Positions 19,012 to 24,227 of a stretch of 24,227 nucleotides of DNA are shown piece after piece. This DNA comes from a virus (taxonomy: Duplodnaviria > Caudoviricetes), in IMG/VR virus record IMGVR_UViG_3300032290_001595, positions 1 to 24,227 of that record; one strand, given 5' to 3'. How positions within the stretch are numbered: position 1 is the stretch's first letter; every line of letters starts with the position of its first letter. A program made the position numbers and the translations under genes. The notes beneath the pieces are model-generated. The model did not search any database, was not told the DNA's origin, and was given only the letters and a program-made list of their open reading frames with translations.

Positions 19012-20928
19012 TTATTGTCTTATGCGAAGTCCATTAGTATAACTTGAAGTAACATCATATAGTGATGCCGAAACATCCGCGCCAGATGATACATCATCCG
19101 GTTTCATATTTAAAATACTCTTATTAATATCTAGTTGCAAATAAAGATCCTGTTTTCCGATAACATCATTCGAAACCGGAACAACCGCAATTTCAATAAT
19201 GGATTCTCCACCAACAGATTTAGATGTTGAAGTTATATTAATATCATTTAATAAAATTTCACCTTTTTCATAATCAATAGTTCCAACGTTAGATTTTTTA
19301 ACTGTTGGATTTGAAAAATCGGGGTTTGAAAACAAAAATAAAATTCCAGTTTTTTTATTGCTATTTGGAAGGTCTGCTAAGTAAACTGTTTCTGTAATAC
19401 CATTAACAGTAAATCCAGATGATTTAATGTTATAACCTTCCATAGTTTTAATATGAAAAGCATTTCCATAACAAATTTCATATTTGGCAAATTGATTTAG
19501 AGCAGCCCTTAAATCTCTTCTAATTTGAATTTTTGTAATATTAGATGTAACAGATTCGTGACTATCATCTACAATTTTTTGAAATTTACTATATTTAAAT
19601 CTAGATCCGTTTTTATTTAATTCAGTAGAATTAGCATATGAATTTATATTATTTGATATTAATGTTCTTACGAATTCTGAGTTAGGAGCAAGATTTGAAT
19701 TATAGTATGCAGTTATATCTACTTCCACATACAAATATTTTAAGTCTATAATTTCGGGTATAATTCCGGCAACAGCATATTTTCTTAATTCAGTTTTTAA
19801 ATTATCTTTTACAGAATTTGGAACAAATGGACCAAAAAATGGTTTAATACTAATAAAAACTTTTCCATACTGCGGAGGATTTAATTCTTCTCCACCGTAT
19901 ACGGATACTGATTGCGCCTCTGGATATATTTTTGGAATTAATGTAACATAATCAGAAGATGTAACCGCTCTATTTTGTGTTGAATAAAATGATGTAGCAT
20001 ATTTTTTTATTGAATCTACAGATTCAATTTCATTTCCACCTTGAGATGTGACATTTGTAGTTATCAGTGAAATACCAGTCGTTACTAAATTATTATTATT
20101 GTCTACGATTCTTCCATTAAAATTAAACGAGGAAATTCCATTACCATTTTCTCCATTAGTGGCAATGTATGAAACATCAATGTAATTTAAAGATTGAAGT
20201 TTTTCGCCAAATATTCCGTCACCAAAAATTAATTCATATCGTTGATCTTCGACTTCTTGTAAAAAGAAGACCCTTGACGATGAAGTAACATTAAACAAAC
20301 TATTAGAAAGAATAAACTTTCTTGAAGAAGTGCTCGATTGAGTATCCTTTATTGATACTGAAATCGTTGAAGTGTCAATATTAGCATTTTCAAGAATATA
20401 TCTTTGCGGTGGAGCAGGATTTTCTGACTGAACAATAAAATTTGCGGTTAAAAATGTTCCTTCATATATGACAACATTTTCAAAAAAAGCAATATTATTT
20501 ACTACAGGAACTGTTACATCACTTGGAATTGCAAAAGTATAACTTTCAGATCCAAAAACACTTGATGAAGTACAAACTAAACCTTTTTTAAGTGTTAATG
20601 TAAGTGGATTTGTTAGAAAATCTGTAGTATCTACAAAAAAAGAAATGGTTGCTCTTGCAGATGTTCTTGATCTTGGAATATATCCAACATTTCTAGCGAG
20701 AGATACTACGTTTTCTCTTAAAGTTGCACTATCAATGAATACCTCATTGCTAATCATATTAGCATTATATGAGGAAATGTATGTATTATATGCTAATACC
20801 TCAATTATTGTTGAAAGATTGGAACCTTCGAAATCATAATCAGTAAAATTCGAATTCGATCTAAGGTAATCCTTTATCGAAGTCTTAATTTGATCGAAAT
20901 CTAAGTTGGTAAAATTAACTAATGCCAT
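19012..20928 (-). CDS. gp6: Baseplate wedge subunit, T4 gp6-like
   Basis: 638 aa. NLDFDQIKTSIKDYLR, FTDYDFEGSNLS, NEVFIDSATLRENVVSLARNVGYIPRS, YELIFGDG, QNRAVTSSDY, PPQYGKVFISIKP and GTIDYEKGEI are hallmark gp6 motifs. TAATG stop/start overlap with gp25. Confidence 0.95.
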   Translation of the reverse strand: MALVNFTNLDFDQIKTSIKDYLRSNSNFTDYDFEGSNLSTIIEVLAYNTYISSYNANMISNEVFIDSATLRENVVSLARNVGYIPRSRTSARATISFFVDTTDFLTNPLTLTLKKGLVCTSSSVFGSESYTFAIPSDVTVPVVNNIAFFENVVIYEGTFLTANFIVQSENPAPPQRYILENANIDTSTISVSIKDTQSSTSSRKFILSNSLFNVTSSSRVFFLQEVEDQRYELIFGDGIFGEKLQSLNYIDVSYIATNGENGNGISSFNFNGRIVDNNNNLVTTGISLITTNVTSQGGNEIESVDSIKKYATSFYSTQNRAVTSSDYVTLIPKIYPEAQSVSVYGGEELNPPQYGKVFISIKPFFGPFVPNSVKDNLKTELRKYAVAGIIPEIIDLKYLYVEVDITAYYNSNLAPNSEFVRTLISNNINSYANSTELNKNGSRFKYSKFQKIVDDSHESVTSNITKIQIRRDLRAALNQFAKYEICYGNAFHIKTMEGYNIKSSGFTVNGITETVYLADLPNSNKKTGILFLFSNPDFSNPTVKKSNVGTIDYEKGEILLNDINITSTSKSVGGESIIEIAVVPVSNDVIGKQDLYLQLDINKSILNMKPDDVSSGADVSASLYDVTSSYTNGLRIRQ

Positions 20929-21329
20929 TATCGTGTTGGCTGTAGTGCAAATGATAATTGTTGAGGAAGTGCATCAATTCCTACTATAAAATAATTTACG
21001 GTAACATTAAAATTATTGTTATCATAATCTGGATCAATAATTACATCAATTAAATCTACTCTTGGTTCATAGTTTCTAATAGTATTTTCTATTTCATCTT
21101 TAATAACAGAAGCAGAAATATCATCAATATTTTCAAAAAGAGAGCGACCTACTTTAGAACCCAAATTTTGATTAAAAAATCTCTCTCCGGGAGAAGTAAG
21201 AACTAAATTACGAACAGAGCGGGCAATAGCATTTTCATTTTTTAACCCAATAATATCATAGTTAATTGGATTAACCTGAAATGACATACTTATGTCTTTA
21301 AATGCTTTACTTACCCGCTCTAGAGGCAT
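20928..21329 (-). CDS. gp25: Baseplate wedge subunit, T4 gp25-like (GPW/gp25 family)
   Basis: 133 aa. FKDISMSF, AIARSVRNLVLTSPGERFF, LFEN and IRNYEPRV are gp25-family motifs. Directly upstream of gp6. Confidence 0.95.
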   Translation of the reverse strand: MPLERVSKAFKDISMSFQVNPINYDIIGLKNENAIARSVRNLVLTSPGERFFNQNLGSKVGRSLFENIDDISASVIKDEIENTIRNYEPRVDLIDVIIDPDYDNNNFNVTVNYFIVGIDALPQQLSFALQPTR

Positions 21330-21348
21330 AAATTTTATAAAATCTATA

Positions 21349-21609
21349 TTATTTATTCGGGTTTTTTAATTCGTACAGAGGTTCTGTTCCATATTCCCAA
21401 TCATCATAGTCATCATCATTACGAATTTGTGAATGAATCTCATTTTGAACATGAAAATCGTGTTTTTTTGGTGTCAAATCGTCATTTGTAATCTCACGAA
21501 GCATTTTTTGCTTGTCAACTTTGGATTCCCAACCATATTCACTAGACAAATACTGAGTTCCCCACTCATTTTTCATAAAATTTTGGTCTTTATCGACTTG
21601 TTTGGTCAT
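21349..21609 (-). CDS. Hypothetical acidic protein (cyanophage-type, upstream of gp25)
   Basis: 86 aa. Good SD (AGGAG, 21616-21620) 6 nt before the ATG. Acidic C-terminal DDDYDDWEYGTEP. Same strand as its neighbours. Confidence 0.8.
   Translation of the reverse strand: MTKQVDKDQNFMKNEWGTQYLSSEYGWESKVDKQKMLREITNDDLTPKKHDFHVQNEIHSQIRNDDDYDDWEYGTEPLYELKNPNK
21350..21356 (-). promoter_or_regulatory. Candidate late promoter ATAAATA upstream of gp25
   Basis: ATAAATA on the minus strand overlaps the stop codon of the 86-aa ORF and lies 20 nt before the gp25 ATG, the expected place for a late promoter of the baseplate operon. Confidence 0.65.
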
Positions 21610-22285
21610 TGTTTGCTCCTGATCCGTTAAAATCAGAACTTTTTACGGGGTTGCTATCCCGAATCTTCGTGATTTCGTACATAAAATCATCTGATGTTTC
21701 GATTTTGCGACGATTTTCGACTGAATATTCGGTTAAATCTATTTCATATCCAGGATTTTTAGTAATTCTATTCTTAGTCCATGCATCATCATACCATAAT
21801 ATTTTATTATTTGGATATGCATAGAAATTTCCATTATCCATCTTGAAAAAATGAGCACATTTATGCTCTGGTGTTTCACTAGAATTAGTATTTAATGTAG
21901 ATTTTGACTCCCATGACCAATCAAGAGTGAATAGATAGGTTCCTTCATTCTTTTCTCCGCGATAATTGATGAGTTCAGCACGTAAGTTAGACAATCTTGA
22001 ACGAACTTGAACATCAATATAAGGAGAAAAACAATCCCACCACATACACTCCTCTAATTCAGGAACTGGTGCATCGGGTTTCCAACAAAATGCATGTATT
22101 GGTCTACGAGTCCAATTCACACCATTCTCTAGGAACGCCTCAAAGAGTGGTACGTGCTTCTCCAAGGACGCTACAGAGTGTACGTCACATAAAGTTACCT
22201 CACCATGACCTTTTTTATGATTGTAAAGGAATTCATTACGAATATAACAAGTAATCGTTGGAAGATTATGATTTAAATATGCCAT
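21590..22285 (-). CDS. Conserved phage hypothetical protein
   Basis: 231 aa. The motifs MAYLNHNLP..CYIRNEFLY, WWDCFS, YLFTLDW and EHKCAH...DNGNFYAYPNNKILW resemble a family I recognise from aquatic phages. Function unknown. The last ~24 codons run through the RNA-like element and overlap the next ORF by 20 nt. Confidence 0.85.
   Translation of the reverse strand: MAYLNHNLPTITCYIRNEFLYNHKKGHGEVTLCDVHSVASLEKHVPLFEAFLENGVNWTRRPIHAFCWKPDAPVPELEECMWWDCFSPYIDVQVRSRLSNLRAELINYRGEKNEGTYLFTLDWSWESKSTLNTNSSETPEHKCAHFFKMDNGNFYAYPNNKILWYDDAWTKNRITKNPGYEIDLTEYSVENRRKIETSDDFMYEITKIRDSNPVKSSDFNGSGANNDQTSR
21615..21661 (-). ncRNA. Candidate cis-regulatory RNA structure in the leader of the 86-aa ORF
   Basis: Minus strand: CGGG-AUAGCAAC-CCCG-UAAAAA-GUUCUGAUUU-UAAC-GGAUCAGGAGC-AAACA-AUG. 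A GC hairpin, an A-rich linker, then a second hairpin whose 3' arm contains the SD. Folded by eye only. Confidence 0.45.
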
Positions 22286-22296
22286 AAGTTGATAAT

Positions 22297-22321
22297 AAAA
22301 AAGCAGGAATTTCTTCCTGCT
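22297..22321 (-). terminator. Rho-independent terminator
   Basis: Minus strand AGCAGGAA-GAAA-TTCCTGCT-TTTTT: a perfect 8-bp stem, a GNRA tetraloop and a U-tract, 9 nt after the stop of the 46-aa ORF. Confidence 0.85.
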
Positions 22322-22330
22322 CTATCTATA

Positions 22331-22471
22331 TTATTTACCTTGTCCCCTATACTTCTTCTTACGTCCATTACGAGAAGTTGCACTCAACAATGTACGAGGA
22401 GAACGTCCTTGACGAGTTTTCTTAGGTGCTCCTGGTTCAAACAGCACTTTATTACTTCCACCTTTTGCCAT
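22331..22471 (-). CDS. Small highly basic protein (46 aa), putative nucleic-acid binding
   Basis: Not in the track. My translation: MAKGGSNKVLFEPGAPKKTRQGRSPRTLLSATSRNGRKKKYRGQGK. Strong SD (GGAGG) upstream, ATG directly after the previous stop (TAAATG), and a terminator follows. Confidence 0.85.
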   Translation of the reverse strand: MAKGGSNKVLFEPGAPKKTRQGRSPRTLLSATSRNGRKKKYRGQGK

Positions 22472-22624
22472 TTAAATTTCCTCCATTTCAATTAAATTAG
22501 GATCAATATCTTCATCCGAGTAATAACGCTCAGATAGTTCTTGAAGAATCTCAGCACAGTCTTCCATACTAAGATTCATATAAATTTTACGACCTTTGTA
22601 TAAAAGATTGTAAGTTTTTTCCAT
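22472..22624 (-). CDS. Small hypothetical protein (50 aa)
   Basis: Not in the track. My translation: MEKTYNLLYKGRKIYMNLSMEDCAEILQELSERYYSDEDIDPNLIEMEEI. TGATG overlap with the glycosyltransferase stop, and it exactly fills the gap to the next ORF. Confidence 0.8.
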   Translation of the reverse strand: MEKTYNLLYKGRKIYMNLSMEDCAEILQELSERYYSDEDIDPNLIEMEEI

Positions 22625-23391
22625 CAGATAATACGAGTTTTCTCATGACCAACTCTAATACGAGGATCGCACCAGATTTCAAAACCTGCCTCTTTTGCAT
22701 CAAGACAGAATGAAACATCCTCTCCACACATATCTTGGACCGCACCAGATTCAAATTGTTGCATTTTAGGAGCAAACCAAGGATATTCGAGATTTTCAAA
22801 TACTCCATTCTTAATCAAAACCCAGCCAAAACCAGTATAGTCAACAGTAAAAGGTTTACGACGCTTTGAGATAGATTCTACGGTTTCATGATTCATAACT
22901 CCACCATTCTTACGGAAGTCATCTTCTTCCAACCAGTGTGCGACAGAAGTTGTGTGACCATCTTCAGTTGCATACCATCCAGCGACAACTTCTCGCTCAG
23001 TTCCATCTTCAGAAAGAGCTAAATCACAAAGTTGCCAGAACTTGTTAGAATCAAAAACAATATCAGAGTCAATCCAGAGTTGATAATCATATTGTAGTTT
23101 TCCGTCCCAAGGAATTTGTTTAGGACCACGAAGAACATTCGCTCCAAGACACTTACATCGTGCAAAGTTTACCATCGATGAATAATCTTGAGAAATCTGA
23201 ATACTCATTCCATTTTGTACAAGATCAAAACAAAGTTGTACAAATGCTTTTAGAAAAATAAAAGAGCATCCGCGCCCTGGAAGACAGAAGACAATTGATT
23301 TGCCTCGCATTCTTTCTTTAATTGCATCAATATCCCATTCTTGGTCTTTGGGTCTTGGTGCCGCCGCTTTAACTGTAAATCCTTTTGCCAT
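22624..23391 (-). CDS. Putative glycosyltransferase, GT-A fold (GT2-like), conserved in T4-like cyanophages
   Basis: 255 aa. N-terminal strand IVFCLPG, NFAR, DxD motif in YQLWIDSDIVF, YTGFGWVLIK..VFE, GEDVSFC and C-terminal DPRIRVGHEK follow the order of GT-A signature motifs. Substrate unknown. Confidence 0.8.
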   Translation of the reverse strand: MAKGFTVKAAAPRPKDQEWDIDAIKERMRGKSIVFCLPGRGCSFIFLKAFVQLCFDLVQNGMSIQISQDYSSMVNFARCKCLGANVLRGPKQIPWDGKLQYDYQLWIDSDIVFDSNKFWQLCDLALSEDGTEREVVAGWYATEDGHTTSVAHWLEEDDFRKNGGVMNHETVESISKRRKPFTVDYTGFGWVLIKNGVFENLEYPWFAPKMQQFESGAVQDMCGEDVSFCLDAKEAGFEIWCDPRIRVGHEKTRII

Positions 23392-23414
23392 AAGTTTAAA
23401 TAGCGTTCAGTTCA

Positions 23415-23443
23415 ATTTTATCGTTCTATTTAGTATTTGTCAA
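23415..23443 (-). promoter_or_regulatory. Sigma70-type promoter with a nested late-promoter motif
   Basis: Minus strand TTGACA (23438-23443) - 17 nt - TAAAAT (23415-23420), 23 nt before the glycosyltransferase ATG. The spacer contains CTAAATA (23427-23433). Confidence 0.75.
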
Positions 23444-23640
23444 TGTGATGAATTCAATGCCACCTCTTTATTTGCTGTTAGTTCTTCATATTGTAAATCA
23501 TGTTTTTGAAAATTACTATCAAGCAAATCAACCATTCTGTGTAACATATCCCAAGTCTCAGAGAATTTGCTCTCTGATAAGTTGTGATATATGCACTGAC
23601 CCTTTGCGTATATGTGATATATTTTTTCGTTTTTTTGCAT
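23440..23640 (-). CDS. Small hypothetical protein (66 aa)
   Basis: In the ORF track, same strand and tightly packed with its neighbours. The N-terminus resembles the 50-aa ORF at 22472..22624. Confidence 0.8.
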   Translation of the reverse strand: MQKNEKIYHIYAKGQCIYHNLSESKFSETWDMLHRMVDLLDSNFQKHDLQYEELTANKEVALNSSH

Positions 23641-23645
23641 AACTT

Positions 23646-23789
23646 TTATTTTGTCAATGCATTATATATCACTACTATTAAAATTCCAAGAGGAACGCCA
23701 ATAAAACAAAACATTTTTCCCGGATAGCGTATCATCCACCCTGCAAAAACAACCTTCCAGAAATTCCAATAGGGTGCTCTTCTTTTCAT
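23646..23789 (-). CDS. Small putative membrane protein (47 aa)
   Basis: Not in the track. My translation: MKRRAPYWNFWKVVFAGWMIRYPGKMFCFIGVPLGILIVVIYNALTK. Basic/aromatic N-terminus and a C-terminal hydrophobic stretch. ATGA overlap with the upstream ORF; stop 5 nt before the next ATG. Confidence 0.7.
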   Translation of the reverse strand: MKRRAPYWNFWKVVFAGWMIRYPGKMFCFIGVPLGILIVVIYNALTK

Positions 23790-23896
23790 TTTTTCTTTCT
23801 TTTACGATTTCCGTTTGCCTTTGCTTGCGTTTTGCATCCTTTACAACGTTTATCAGGGCGCGACTTACCGTTTTTATGAATCCATCTTGTGAGCAT
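23786..23896 (-). CDS. Very small basic protein (36 aa) with CxxC
   Basis: Not in the track. My translation: MLTRWIHKNGKSRPDKRCKGCKTQAKANGNRKRKKK. ATGA-coupled to the next ORF. Short, so less certain. Confidence 0.55.
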   Translation of the reverse strand: MLTRWIHKNGKSRPDKRCKGCKTQAKANGNRKRKKK

Positions 23897-24125
23897 TTTT
23901 TTCTTCCGGAATTTTTTGATTGATTTTTATTATAATCGCACTTTTTGATTTATGGAGATTTTCTGTGACACTTTGAAAACTGGTGAACTCTCCGGAAAAA
24001 TTTTATGAGATTGATAGTTCTCTCTCGATTTGTCACCTCTGTAGGTTAGGGTAGTTTGGGTTTTTATAAACGCAACGCCCGATATAAACAATAACAAATC
24101 AATCGCAAATACTGCCTATTCACGA

Positions 24126-24227
24126 CACTGACAATTCACGAATACACGTATAAACAATCACTGACAATTCACGAATACACGTATAAACAATCACTGACAA
24201 TTCACGAATACACGTATAAACAATCAC
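24126..24227. repeat. Perfect 33-bp tandem repeat, 3 full copies plus a partial copy, open at the edge
   Basis: Unit CACTGACAATTCACGAATACACGTATAAACAAT at 24126, 24159 and 24192, then CAC to the end of the window. No spacers between copies. Confidence 0.97.

Noticed and set aside
229-20839. Plus-strand ORFs in the track (229..504, 2839..3045, 5734..6045, 16359..16556, 16640..16837, 17439..17633, 18409..18660, 20645..20839)
   Set aside because: All are short and lie antisense within long, well-supported minus-strand structural genes. They have no recognisable motifs and are typical shadow ORFs.
1-20928. Inteins, group I introns or homing endonucleases in the large structural genes
   Set aside because: I saw no intein splice motifs, LAGLIDADG, HNH or GIY-YIG signatures, or intron-sized interruptions. 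The inserts noticed are only about 80 aa and look like structural modules.
21433-23642. Plus-strand ORFs 21433..21630, 21609..21824, 21997..22254, 22289..22495, 23300..23509, 23445..23642 and the minus-strand ORF 22587..22808
   Set aside because: They are antisense to, or out of frame within, better-supported minus-strand genes that tile the region with coupled starts and stops.
23661-23689. TTGGAA-17-TATAAT sigma70-like promoter on the minus strand
   Set aside because: Plausible, but the -35 is only 4/6 and it lies inside the 47-aa ORF in AT-rich DNA, so it is not supported well enough to list as a feature.
24128-24158. Plus-strand sigma70 promoter within each 33-bp unit (CTGACA ... TATAAA)
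   Set aside because: The spacing is 15 nt rather than about 17, and both boxes are imperfect.
24126-24227. 33-bp repeat as a CRISPR array
   Set aside because: Units are directly adjacent and identical, with no unique spacers, and there are no cas genes in the window.
1-24227. Alternative genetic code (stop-codon reassignment)
   Set aside because: Standard code 11 gives very long ORFs and near-complete coding density. TAA and TGA both act as real stops at tightly coupled gene junctions.

Overview
An AT-rich fragment of a T4-like myophage genome, most similar in gene content and order to cyanomyophages (Kyanoviridae-like). This assignment comes from recognising the protein families, not from a database search. 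All credible genes lie on the minus strand. Reading right to left: a non-coding region with a 33-bp tandem repeat (candidate origin/control region); a run of small ORFs around a GT-A-fold glycosyltransferase-like gene; an intrinsic terminator; two conserved hypothetical genes; then the baseplate/virion module gp25 - gp6 - gp7-like (apparently split into 3001-aa and 1156-aa ORFs) - gp8 - a VrlC/DUF4815-like structural gene. The last gene runs off the left edge inside a perfect (Pro-Val-Gln)n repeat. Five real-looking ORFs are missing from the supplied track: the edge-truncated 1..4916 ORF and four ORFs of 36-50 aa. The most interesting items are a candidate structured RNA element (pseudoknot versus SD-sequestering hairpin) at 21615..21661, the gp7 fission, a split degenerate YHYH-like domain inside gp7, the repeat/ori-like right end, and a glycosyltransferase flanked by two paralogous mini-genes next to Ser/Thr-rich virion genes. 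I see no tRNA, CRISPR array, intron, intein or transposase, and I cannot claim a demonstrably new system from sequence alone.
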